DNA of 61,333 bases, filler included. It is 9 parts of 9 records of this genome, joined end to end, with 100 filler letters (N's around TTAATTAATTAA, not from the genome) between each part and the next. Parts side by side here need not be neighbours in the genome. Positions count along the whole stretch, not along the records: positions 22,816 to 36,030 come from SRR20825010_5659; positions 36,131 to 41,730 come from SRR20825010_5661; 7 more parts are not named here. One strand, given 5' to 3'. Both the position numbers and the translations under genes were made by a program. A model generated the notes under the pieces. That model did not search any database. It was not told the origin of the DNA and was given only the letters and a program-made list of their open reading frames with translations. The number at the start of each line of letters is the position of its first letter. Position 1 is the first letter of the stretch. Positions 31,601-39,383 of this stretch are shown one piece after another.

Positions 31601-31770
31601 AGTGCGGCCCAGGCCCGAGGAATGCCAGCCACTGAGCAGGCATCTGTGATGGCCAGTGCAGAGTAACCCAACTCCAGTGCTTGCTCGGCCAGTTCATGGG
31701 GATGTGAGGCCCCGGTCAGGAAGGTGAAATTGCTGAAGCAGAAGAGTTCGGCATAGCTGAAGTTGTCCAT
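28651..31770 (-). CDS. dnaE2: Error-prone DNA polymerase DnaE2 (ImuC)
   Basis: PHP start 'YAELFCFSNFTFL', 'GRGSAANS', 'PPDIDVDF' and C-terminal 'SRDFH' DnaE2 signature. Confidence 0.97.
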   Translation of the reverse strand: MDNFSYAELFCFSNFTFLTGASHPHELAEQALELGYSALAITDACSVAGIPRAWAALKDSPVKLITGSWFELEDAPPGAVTPRFILLARTRKGYGQLCQLITTGRRQAEKGQYRLFFRDIETHSLDDCVCLWLPPSPTVADADQALACGEWLQRLFEPNLWIAAARTLESGEEQQLARARWLADHLRCPIAATGEVHMHSRERQPLQDVLTALRNHTNLENAGHCLFQNGERYLRPLPVLDRLFPEAWLRETLVIAEQCTFEPGSLRYEYPPDLVPAGTSPAAYLKQLTHDGERRRYPNGTPQSVQRLIRKELGLISEMKYEHYFLTIQDIVAFARSKGILCQGRGSAANSAVCYCLGITEVNPARVELLFERFISKDRGEPPDIDVDFEHERREEVIQYIYRRYSRERAALAATVIRYRPRSAIRDVGKALGFDPAMVEQLLEGIDWRDKASNWRQQILDKHLTRNPKVADQFFTLVNTLLGFPRHLSQHVGGFVISAGPLAELVPVENAAMADRTVIQWDKDDLESLGLMKVDVLALGMLTAIRKALDLISEEKGAPFSMQDIPLEDPATYAMLQKGDSIGVFQVESRAQINMLPRLKPEKYYDLVIEVAIVRPGPIQGDMVHPYLRRKHGLEPVDYPNDAVRNVLERTLGVPIFQEQVIKLAMVAAGFSAGEADQLRRAMAAWKSHGDLTPFRDKLINGMLERGHDADFAERLYLQICGFGGYGFPESHAASFALLVYVSSWIKRHYPAAFYCALLNSQPMGFYSPSQLVQDARRHDVTVLPPDVNHSQWNHTLEPPNRHLRLGLRLIQGLSASGAERLYNNRPAEGYRSTAELRHLAGLNQRDMELLAGANAMPTFTTNRHQAYWQLLEHEQPAELFAKETAAHYQPEHCYQLPEPTEGQNVLADYASQGLTLQRHPLALLREQGHLKFCLSAEQLKNIQPGRPVQVAGLVTGRQRPGSASGVTFVTLEDETGNVNVVVWLETARRQRKPLITARLLHVKGILEREGDIVHVMAGRLSDLSHLIQTLPVNSRDFH

Positions 31771-33188
31771 CAGCCAAACCAGCCATGCACAAACCAGCCA
31801 TCCCGCACATCCCGGAACACCCAGGCAAGCTGGCCGGTGGACAGCTCGGCAATGTAATAATCCCGGTGAACCCGCTGGCCATCCCACCAGCCCCCACTGA
31901 TCCGTTCCGGGCCCGAAAACCACATGGTCGGAGCTTCGACCAGCGGTTGCGGCCCTTTGAGTAACCATAAAGGACGACGGGGTAACTGGTCGGGAGAAGG
32001 AAGGCGGCTATGATTTTTCCGCTGCACTTCGGAGGCCGACCAGGCCCGTTCGGGCCGGTGATCCGCCTGCGGGGATAACTGCCGTAATGAATGTCCGCCA
32101 AGCCGTGCCTGCAGACGGCTGATCAGGGTGTGCCAGGCTTCGTTCAGATCCTGCGTTTCACCCAGCAGGTCCTGGCCAGAGGCTGCTTCCCGCCCCAGGA
32201 AGCGTTTAACGGACAGCACCAATGAAACCACCGGAGCCCTTAACGGGTGCTGCTCAAACCGTAGGCGGATAAGATTCAGAAATGCTTCGGCCCGATGCTC
32301 GGGGCCGGAGGTGCGAACCCGAATGCGGGTAGGCTCCTCATGCCGGTGCTGCAGGACCAGCAGCAGGCTGTCGGTATCCTGCTGTCGCCAGCACAGGTCT
32401 TCCTCGAGTTCTGACAGAATGCGCTGCAGGGGGAACAGCAGGCCCTGGGACTGCTCAATCTCCTGCACAAAATCCGCCTGCTGGCGAAAGGTGTGGGGCG
32501 GTTGCCAGGGTGTTTGTGGGTCCGCGCGGTTACCCTGGATCTTCTGCACATACGCGAGGGTTTCCGGCGACAGACGGCGGGCCAGTTCACTGGCAGGCAG
32601 TGCGAAGACCTCATCCAGGGTGTTCAGGCCGAGCCGTTGCAGACGGGTACAGGTTTTGTCATCGAACTCTGCCGTCAGCAGGGGCATCTGCCCCAGTGTA
32701 CGCAGGATATGGCCTTTGTCCGCCGTGCACTCGCCCTTGCCGGCCCGGGCAATCAGCCGGGCGGCCAGTGGTGTGTGGCCGATGGCTGTCCAGGCGTTAA
32801 GCTGGCGTTCCTCCAGCCCCTGTTCCACCGTTTGCCAGACGGCTGCCAGCCCACCGTAAAGCCGCTGCAGGCTGCCCACTTCCGCCAACAGGCCATTCGG
32901 GGGTACCAATATGATATGAGCCGCGTACCGGTATAGCCAGCGCGCCTGGTCTTCCAGTATCCGGGCTTCCTGTTGGTGGTCCGCCCTGAGCATACGCAGC
33001 TCCGGAACCAGGCTGATAGCGGTTTTCAGGCGCATGCCAGCGCGTACTCCCTGGGCATAAGCTTCCGGGCAGGCCTGGATAATCTTCTGGCCGGAGCCTT
33101 CCACAACAGCCAGCGCCCCCTGGTTTTCGCGGGAGCGGCGAATATGGTCTAGCAACAGGTGAGGAAAATGCAGGTACAGCCAGAGCAT
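31770..33188 (-). CDS. imuB: Y-family polymerase-like protein ImuB
   Basis: 'MLWLYLHFP' start, clamp-like 'QDLL', C-terminal 'GPERISGGWWD...RDYY'; lies between imuA and dnaE2. Confidence 0.93.
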   Translation of the reverse strand: MLWLYLHFPHLLLDHIRRSRENQGALAVVEGSGQKIIQACPEAYAQGVRAGMRLKTAISLVPELRMLRADHQQEARILEDQARWLYRYAAHIILVPPNGLLAEVGSLQRLYGGLAAVWQTVEQGLEERQLNAWTAIGHTPLAARLIARAGKGECTADKGHILRTLGQMPLLTAEFDDKTCTRLQRLGLNTLDEVFALPASELARRLSPETLAYVQKIQGNRADPQTPWQPPHTFRQQADFVQEIEQSQGLLFPLQRILSELEEDLCWRQQDTDSLLLVLQHRHEEPTRIRVRTSGPEHRAEAFLNLIRLRFEQHPLRAPVVSLVLSVKRFLGREAASGQDLLGETQDLNEAWHTLISRLQARLGGHSLRQLSPQADHRPERAWSASEVQRKNHSRLPSPDQLPRRPLWLLKGPQPLVEAPTMWFSGPERISGGWWDGQRVHRDYYIAELSTGQLAWVFRDVRDGWFVHGWFG

Positions 33189-33196
33189 GATACGCC

Positions 33197-33886
33197 TTAC
33201 CCGGTCTTGCCGGCCCAGGGGCCCTGGACCACCCGTGGGGCTTCCCGGAAGGCCAGATCCGCCCGGTGAGCCATGGCTACGGAGCAACATTGGCCGGGCC
33301 AACTGCCGCGACGTTTCAGAACATTGACCTTGAGCGCCTGTTGACTTCCTGCTGTCAGATCCAGGCGTAGCGCCGCCGGGGAGTTTTGTTCGGCATGACG
33401 CCGTTCGCGGAACAGCACGCACACATTGCTGCCGGCCTCCGCGGCCAGTTGCAAGCGCCGTATGTCACGGGCGGCCAGTTTTCCGGGCCAGGCCATCACC
33501 AGGCCGGTGACCGGTGAACGCAGGCAGTTTTCCAGTGTCCACAGGAAGTCGCCATCGTCTTCGGTGTTGATCAGTATGACCTGATCCAGATTGACCCCTT
33601 CACGGGCCAGGGCAGGGGCGTAGGGTGTATGGGGAGGGTTCAGCCAGAAGACGGTCTTACCTGCCTGAGAAAGCCGTTGCATCAGGGGTAGCAGCAGGTG
33701 CAACTCACCGATGCCGGGCTCATCCAGCAGGCACTCACTCAACGCCCCTCGAGGCCAGCCAACGCCACCGAGCTGGTTGTCCAGCACCTGGTAACCGGTT
33801 GGCTCCGATGGCCGGCTGGTACGGATATGCTGCTGACCCTGCCATACACGGGCGTCTTGCATCAGCGTGTTCAGAATCTCGCTCAT
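33197..33886 (-). CDS. imuA: Translesion synthesis protein ImuA (RecA/SulA-like)
   Basis: 'TGYQVLD..LGGVGWPRGALSE', 'GIGEL' and 'RRLQLAAE'. Confidence 0.93.
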   Translation of the reverse strand: MSEILNTLMQDARVWQGQQHIRTSRPSEPTGYQVLDNQLGGVGWPRGALSECLLDEPGIGELHLLLPLMQRLSQAGKTVFWLNPPHTPYAPALAREGVNLDQVILINTEDDGDFLWTLENCLRSPVTGLVMAWPGKLAARDIRRLQLAAEAGSNVCVLFRERRHAEQNSPAALRLDLTAGSQQALKVNVLKRRGSWPGQCCSVAMAHRADLAFREAPRVVQGPWAGKTG

Positions 33887-33901
33887 GGAAAGTTCTCAAT
33901 A

Positions 33902-33921
33902 TACTGTTTAAATATACAGTA
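33902..33921. promoter_or_regulatory. LexA (SOS) box of imuA-imuB-dnaE2
   Basis: TA-CTG-TTTAAATATA-CAG-TA, 15 nt upstream of the imuA ATG. Confidence 0.92.
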
Positions 33922-34013
33922 TTCTGAAAAAAGCAGGAATTCAAGCGATGGGTTGATAATGTGGCGGAACGAACCCACGCTTAGTAGTACAGCCATCAAC
34001 CATGGAGGTTGAA

Positions 34014-34361
34014 ATGAGTGAACTGACGAAACAAAGCTGTGAAGCCTGCAGCGCAGATGCTCCCACAGTCACTGCCGATCAGAAGCAAGCCCTGGGTAAA
34101 GATGTACCCGACTGGCAGGAGATTGAGCTGGACGGGGAGGAACAGTTACAGCGAGTGTTCAAGCTCAAGAATTTCGCCCAGGCCCAGGCATTTACCAACA
34201 AGGTGGGTGACCTGGCCGAAGAGGAAGGGCACCACCCCGCCATCCTTCTGGAATATGGCAAGGTCACCGTACGCTGGTGGACCCACAAGATAGGCGGCCT
34301 GCACAAAAACGATTACATCATGGCGGCGCGCACCGACGCAGCCTACAAAGACATGCAATAA
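34014..34361 (+). CDS. phhB: Pterin-4-alpha-carbinolamine dehydratase
   Basis: 'CEAC', 'AEEEGHHP' and '[13 protein letters not shown]'; GGAGG RBS. Confidence 0.92.
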   Translation: MSELTKQSCEACSADAPTVTADQKQALGKDVPDWQEIELDGEEQLQRVFKLKNFAQAQAFTNKVGDLAEEEGHHPAILLEYGKVTVRWWTHKIGGLHKNDYIMAARTDAAYKDMQ

Positions 34362-34392
34362 TTTACCAAACCCACCGGAAACAGGATGTGTA

Positions 34393-34668
34393 ATGGCTGA
34401 AGACCGTACAGATAACCCACTAACCTTTCGGTTAGGCCATGAAGAACTGGTTATACGGCGCCGTTACGAAGTGCTCAGCATCATCAATGATTTCCTGATC
34501 GCCATCTGGTTTCTGGTGGGCAGCATCCTGTTTCTGTTTCCCGAACACGAGAAGGCGGCCATCTGGCTGTTCATTATTGGCAGTTTCCAATTCCTGATTC
34601 GCCCCACCATTCGCCTGATCGGGCATATCCACGTACAGCGCATTCCGGAAAGCCGCTGGGAAAGTTAG
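34393..34668 (+). CDS. YrhK-like small membrane protein
   Basis: 'RRRYEVLSIINDFL..WFLVGS..F' and 'WLFIIGS.QFLIRP'; stop overlaps the integrase stop. Confidence 0.8.
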   Translation: MAEDRTDNPLTFRLGHEELVIRRRYEVLSIINDFLIAIWFLVGSILFLFPEHEKAAIWLFIIGSFQFLIRPTIRLIGHIHVQRIPESRWES

Positions 34669-35657
34669 AAGGTGTCGTCTATCGGGCTGCGTACTCCAAA
34701 GCCTCCTTTACGAACCACATGTGTGTAGATTTCAGTGGTGCGCACGTCGGCGTGGCCCAGCAGCTTCTGAATAGTGCGAATATCGTATCCGTTTTCCAGT
34801 AGGCGAGTGGCAAAGCTATGGCGAAACGCGTGGCTGTTTGCCTGCTTGTATACTCCCGCCTCACGAATAGCTAAACCGATGGCCCGTTGAACACCGCGAT
34901 CCAGAAGATGGTGCCGGCGTAAGACGCCGCTACGCGGATCCATGGATAACTTGGCGGCTGGAAACAGATATTGCCAGGCAGGTTCTTTGCCTCCGCTGGG
35001 GTATTTTTGATTCAGAGAAAAGGGCATATAGACTTCGCCATGACCGCCGGCCAGGTCTTTCTTGTGCTGAACCAGGCAAGCGTCAATTTGCAGGGTTAAT
35101 GGCTCTGCCAATGAGTCCGGGAGCAAGGTTGTTCTGTCCTTATTGCCTTTTCCACTGCGCACGATGATTTGCTGCATCCCGAAATCCACATCTTTCACTC
35201 TAAGTCTCAAGGCTTCGTTGATTCGCAGGCCGGAGCCATACATCAGGCGCGCAACCAACTGAGGAGCGCCTTCCAGGCCGTTGATAACGGCTTTGGCTTC
35301 ATCATGGGTAAAAACGGTGGGTAAGCGTCTGGGTTTTCGTGCCATTTCAAACGATAGTTCATCCAGGGGCTGCTCCAGAAACTCGCGGAACAGAAACACG
35401 AGGGCATTCAGCGCAGTCCGCTGGGTACTGACACTGTTGTTACGCTGCACCGCAAGGTGCGATAGAAATTGTTCCACCTCTTTTGCCGAACACGCGGAAG
35501 GATGCTGCATACCATGAAAACGGATGAAGCGCTTGATCCAGTGGCAGTACGTCTGTTCAGTCTTGTAGGCCATATTTCGGCTACGAATCAGTGTGCGAAG
35601 CTGATCCATAAAGCGGGTAGGGTTGTCTGGCAACTTTGGTGGGACATCCAAAATCAT
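34665..35657 (-). CDS. intI: Integron integrase (tyrosine recombinase)
   Basis: Catalytic R (GLRINE), K (GKG), 'HAFRHSFA', 'LLGH' and Y (IYTH), plus the IntI-specific insertion 'EVYMPFSLNQKYP...WQYLFP...RRHH'; GGAGG RBS favours ATG at 35657. Confidence 0.96.
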   Translation of the reverse strand: MILDVPPKLPDNPTRFMDQLRTLIRSRNMAYKTEQTYCHWIKRFIRFHGMQHPSACSAKEVEQFLSHLAVQRNNSVSTQRTALNALVFLFREFLEQPLDELSFEMARKPRRLPTVFTHDEAKAVINGLEGAPQLVARLMYGSGLRINEALRLRVKDVDFGMQQIIVRSGKGNKDRTTLLPDSLAEPLTLQIDACLVQHKKDLAGGHGEVYMPFSLNQKYPSGGKEPAWQYLFPAAKLSMDPRSGVLRRHHLLDRGVQRAIGLAIREAGVYKQANSHAFRHSFATRLLENGYDIRTIQKLLGHADVRTTEIYTHVVRKGGFGVRSPIDDTF

Positions 35658-35671
35658 CGGCTCAGCCTCCA

Positions 35672-35691
35672 TGCTGTTTATTTATACAGCA
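35672..35691. promoter_or_regulatory. LexA (SOS) box of intI
   Basis: TG-CTG-TTTATTTATA-CAG-CA, 14 nt upstream of the intI ATG. Confidence 0.9.
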
Positions 35692-35978
35692 TTTTAGGCC
35701 TGCTTTTGGGTTATTTCACGGTGAAAAACGGAGATATACGACAATTGTCGCAAAACTTCGTAAATTTCGTACCAATGAGCTGACAACTCTATGAAAGATA
35801 TGGAATAGTCGTTGAGGATCTATTTCAGATAAGCGAACAGGTGTACTGGGTGAAACTTGACAATTGACGCTTATTTTTCAGACTGGTCAGTTGTTGAATA
35901 TTTTAATTTATTGAAAATAAAAGAAAATTATGGTCGGTGACATCTAGGTGCATGGAAATAGGCGCGTTTTTGGTAGAT

Positions 35979-36007
35979 GTCATTTGTCGTTGAATTAGCT
36001 GTTAACC
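35979..36007 (+). mobile_element. Probable integron attI site (crossover G/TT at 36001)
   Basis: ...TTTGTCGTTGAATTAGCT-GTTAACC about 340 bp upstream of and divergent from intI, followed by an RBS-like GGAG just before the contig ends. Confidence 0.6.
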
Positions 36008-36030
36008 ACACTGGCAATCTGGAGAGCCGT

Positions 36031-36130
36031 NNNNNNNNNNNNNNNNNNNNNNNNNNNNNNNNNNNNNNNNNNNNTTAATTAATTAANNNNNNNNNNNNNN
36101 NNNNNNNNNNNNNNNNNNNNNNNNNNNNNN
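36031..36130. other. Artificial contig spacer
   Basis: 44 N + TTAATTAATTAA + 44 N. Confidence 0.99.
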
Positions 36131-36339
36131 CAGCCTGCATAGGATTTGCTTGAAGGCTAGCAAGAGCGAAAAGAACAGATTCCACTGTTTGATAGGGCAG
36201 AGGGGTAATGAAACTCTGTGTGAATGCCTGATCATTCAGGCAGCATGCCTTTGGGCCGAATTAATTCCGATGAAATGAGTGCTCTTGAACCTGCATTTAA
36301 AAGATGCCTGGTTTGGTGCAGGTTTTCGACATTTTAGCT

Positions 36340-37152
36340 TTATATCAATTTTAATTGTCCCTCAACAACGATTCTTGAATGCCCACCAATTTTGACAGAA
36401 TTTAGAAAGTTTTTCACGAAAACCTCCCCGGTTCTCTCAGATGCCTGGAAGGCAATGAGGTCATTTTTACCTGTTCTTTCTTTCCAAAAAGGTGCCAGTA
36501 CTGAGTGGATCGAACCGGTAACAGGGTCTTCGTTTATGCCAATCCAGGGGCAAAAGGAACGGAGAACAAAATCATATTCCTTCGAATTCGATGCGCTCAT
36601 TACCACCACTTCTTTTAATTCAATAGATGCTTTTCTAAGTCGTTCGAAATCCGGCCGGATTTGCTTTACCAAATTGGGCGATTTCAGTTCAATGAATAAT
36701 GATTTTAATTCATTGCAATAAAAAGAGGATTCAGGAAACGGGATGTTTAGTGCACTGAGCAATCCGGGTGGAATATCGTAAGAGGTTCTTTCATACCTGG
36801 GATATTCGAGATAGACAGTGTTCTTATCTTGACTTGCTTTAATTTTAATTTCCTCAATGGTGACAAAATCAATGCCTGATACAGCGGGTTCCTGAAGCAA
36901 TATAAAGGCAGCCCCTAAAGTCGCATGACCACATGCCGGGATTTCACCTTCAACTGTAAAATATCGGATATTAAAACTTCCATCTATGTTTTTTGGCTCT
37001 ACGAATGCTGTTACCGGAGAATTAAACTCCTGAGCTAAACTTCTCATTTTTCGAGTGCTTAGCGCATTATTCAAAATACAGACAGGGGTAGGGTTGCCTT
37101 TAAATAGTTCTTTTGAGAAGGTATCTAATAAATAGAAGTTCGTATTTGCCAT
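36340..37152 (-). CDS. PhzF family isomerase/epimerase
   Basis: 'DTFS...FKGNP', 'IRYFT..GEIPACGHATL' and 'EDPVTGS'. Confidence 0.92.
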   Translation of the reverse strand: MANTNFYLLDTFSKELFKGNPTPVCILNNALSTRKMRSLAQEFNSPVTAFVEPKNIDGSFNIRYFTVEGEIPACGHATLGAAFILLQEPAVSGIDFVTIEEIKIKASQDKNTVYLEYPRYERTSYDIPPGLLSALNIPFPESSFYCNELKSLFIELKSPNLVKQIRPDFERLRKASIELKEVVVMSASNSKEYDFVLRSFCPWIGINEDPVTGSIHSVLAPFWKERTGKNDLIAFQASERTGEVFVKNFLNSVKIGGHSRIVVEGQLKLI

Positions 37153-37357
37153 TTCCTGAAAAATATTAAACCTTAACGTAAATTTTTAGAGGAGGATGGA
37201 AAGCGGATGGTTGGTGCACTCAATAAACCAGAATCTTTTGCGATCGCTCGTAACTTCCTGAGTGAGCCTTATGATTAACGGCTTTTCGCCCGAACGAAAT
37301 CCAATCCCCTTCCTTTACTTCGCGATTGCAGCCAGGAGCCAATAGCCCTGCTTTAGA

Positions 37358-37393
37358 AGGACACGCACTCGGGAGAACCCAAGCGAGTGTCCT
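37358..37393 (-). terminator. Stem-loop downstream of the Cys-rich gene (terminator- or REP-like)
   Basis: Minus strand AGGACAC-T-CGC-TTGGG-TTCT-CCCGA-GTG-C-GTGTCCT pairs with G-U pairs and one mismatch; weak U tail. Confidence 0.5.
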
Positions 37394-37413
37394 AGAATCT
37401 AGAATTGAAGTTA

Positions 37414-37623
37414 CTAGCCGCAGCAGCCAGATTTTGTTTCTATCGTTGTAGAGGTGTTGCATCCGCAACCTTCTTCGCCGGATGCTTTTTTCTCTTCATC
37501 CAATTTACAACAGGCATCTGCGTTGTGGGTTGGAGTTCCACCGCAACACCCTGAAGCTGCGCTGGTTTGACTATTTCTTTGGATTTGATTTTTTGCTAAT
37601 GGTGCAATGTGTTCAATATTCAT
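37414..37623 (-). CDS. Small cysteine-rich protein (69 aa, 8 Cys: CC, CC, CxC, CC)
   Basis: 'GCCGGTP...DACCKLDEEKKASGEEGCGC...GCCG'; co-oriented directly downstream of the sigma gene with its own promoter-like motif. Confidence 0.8.
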   Translation of the reverse strand: MNIEHIAPLAKNQIQRNSQTSAASGCCGGTPTHNADACCKLDEEKKASGEEGCGCNTSTTIETKSGCCG

Positions 37624-37663
37624 GTTGATGTTGTTTAAAAGTGAATAAATACTTCACCTATAA

Positions 37664-37690
37664 AGACGATGGAATCTAAAAATGACGCAG
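37664..37690 (-). promoter_or_regulatory. Putative ECF (SigZ) promoter, copy 1
   Basis: CTGCGTC-ATTTTTAGATTCCAT-CGTCT, 40 nt upstream of the Cys-rich gene. Confidence 0.7.
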
Positions 37691-37692
37691 TG

Positions 37693-38259
37693 TTATTCAC
37701 AATCGCTGCAGGATCTTCCGGAATTATTTTTAACTGTGGACTCCAGGATATTTCCCCTTGTATCTGTCTCAATTTCGCAACATTGCAATAGCATTTCTTT
37801 TAAGCGGATTCTGCCTCGTTGCACACGAGAACGAACGGATGAATAGGCCAGATTGTATTTTTCAATAAGGTCTTTTTGTTTGATTCCTTTGATTTCACTG
37901 TCTATAATAATATCTCGATATTCGTCGGGAAGTTTTTGAATAAAGCCCGTGAGACACTTGTCAAGTCCCCGGGTAGCATCCTCGTCATTTTCATCGGTGA
38001 CCTCATTGATTTCCTGATCGGAAATAGCTGTGCTTTTGTGGTTTGCAGCCTTCCTGTAATAGTCAATAATTGAGTTCCGAACAATAGCATAAATCCAACT
38101 CTTCAACTTTTCGCTATCACCCAGTGAATTTATTTTGAGAGAAATTTTAATAAAAACTTCTTGTAATATGTCGGCCGCATCTTCTGAATTGTTGACGCGT
38201 GCCGCGATATAGCTGTGAAGCGCTTTATGGAATTGATTGTGTATCGTTTCTATTTCCAT
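37693..38259 (-). CDS. sigZ: ECF RNA polymerase sigma factor, SigZ type
   Basis: 'DAADILQEVFIK', 'KSWIYAIVRNSIIDYYR', 'SRVQRGR' and the SigZ-like C-terminal 'CC...D.RGNI' extension; alternative ATG at 38268. Confidence 0.85.
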   Translation of the reverse strand: MEIETIHNQFHKALHSYIAARVNNSEDAADILQEVFIKISLKINSLGDSEKLKSWIYAIVRNSIIDYYRKAANHKSTAISDQEINEVTDENDEDATRGLDKCLTGFIQKLPDEYRDIIIDSEIKGIKQKDLIEKYNLAYSSVRSRVQRGRIRLKEMLLQCCEIETDTRGNILESTVKNNSGRSCSDCE

Positions 38260-39383
38260 TTTAGCCATCCGGTTAGTTGAAAGTTGATTGATTTTGCGTG
38301 ATAAATACACGCTAACAGAATTGTAAAGGTTGCAATACCAAAAATAGGCTGAAGATGATCTGTCGCAAGCAACACGCCAGAAATTAATGCGCCAAGCGCT
38401 GTGCCCAGGTCATTCCATGTGCTGTTTGAGGCGATGGTTTTCAGATGAGTGGTGCCTTCAGTAACATGCCCTGGAGCCAATGCGGAACCAATACTATTAA
38501 AGGTGAAAGCGACAATAATTCCAGTCTCCGTCATGCCAATCGCAATAAGAAATAGACCTATTCCTGTAAGGAAAGCTGAAATCAGAAAGGTACTATCCAG
38601 CCCGAATTTGTCTGCAAACACACCGCCAAAAGGTGCAATTAGGATGGTGCAGATTCTACGATACGCCAGATAGACTCCTGCGATAGACGCAATGACAATC
38701 AAGGATGAATTGGCAGGCGCAAGCAATTGGGAGATGGTAACGATTAAAATTCCCTGAACGAAAAGCGAGGAAAGAAAGGTGATAAAGTTAAATGAGGACG
38801 GCAGGATCTTAATACTGAAACTGATTTTGGCGGAATCTATATTTATCTGAGGCAAATACAATGATATAATGAGGGCAACTCCACCAACAATGGAGAATAT
38901 TAGGAATGTCGATTCCAAGGAGGTCCACTGCAAGAGGATGGGGCCGGTAAGCAAGGCGATTACAGGACCTATTTCCTGCAACCCCTTATTTAAACCAAGA
39001 GAAAACCCTTTTTTATCAGTTTGCAGCGAGTAACCAATGGCACTCATTCGCAGGGCGGAGTAACAAAACCCCCAAACGATTCGCACGACGAGCCAAACAG
39101 CAATTCCCCCGGCCAGACCATAAATGAATGTGGTAGCCATTGAAAAAATGGCTGCAACAAAGGTGATTTGTTTGAATCCGAATCGATGAAACAGTCTGGC
39201 GAATAATTGATTGGCGAGAATGCGGACAAATCGGTTAATCGATAGTAGAATCCCAATCCATGCAAACGGCACATTCATTTGCAGCGCATTTACCGGGAGC
39301 ACTATGTATAGAAAGGCATCTCCCAGGCTGGCAAAGGCTAAAACCAGAGCAGAAAGAATCGATGGTTTGAGGTTTCGACTCAT
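38250..39383 (-). CDS. MFS transporter
   Basis: About 12 hydrophobic segments, 'LGDAFLYIVLP' and 'GGVFADKFG' motif A; overlaps both neighbours. Confidence 0.9.
   Translation of the reverse strand: MSRNLKPSILSALVLAFASLGDAFLYIVLPVNALQMNVPFAWIGILLSINRFVRILANQLFARLFHRFGFKQITFVAAIFSMATTFIYGLAGGIAVWLVVRIVWGFCYSALRMSAIGYSLQTDKKGFSLGLNKGLQEIGPVIALLTGPILLQWTSLESTFLIFSIVGGVALIISLYLPQINIDSAKISFSIKILPSSFNFITFLSSLFVQGILIVTISQLLAPANSSLIVIASIAGVYLAYRRICTILIAPFGGVFADKFGLDSTFLISAFLTGIGLFLIAIGMTETGIIVAFTFNSIGSALAPGHVTEGTTHLKTIASNSTWNDLGTALGALISGVLLATDHLQPIFGIATFTILLACIYHAKSINFQLTGWLKWK

Noticed and set aside
31771-31968. N-terminal extension of DnaE2 in the ORF track (likewise ImuB to 33422)
   Set aside because: The extensions overlap the upstream genes; family-typical starts at 31770 and 33188 give normal operon spacing.
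34664-34670. GTTAGAA at the intI/yrhK stop overlap as a recombination core site
   Set aside because: Explained by the two overlapping stop codons; no attC-like inverted repeat nearby.
36340-37152. Phenazine biosynthesis
   Set aside because: A lone PhzF-family gene with no other phz genes; the family is widespread outside phenazine producers.
37220-37468. 82-aa ORF between the Cys-rich gene and phzF
   Set aside because: Overlaps the Cys-rich gene in another frame, spans a hairpin and has no motifs.
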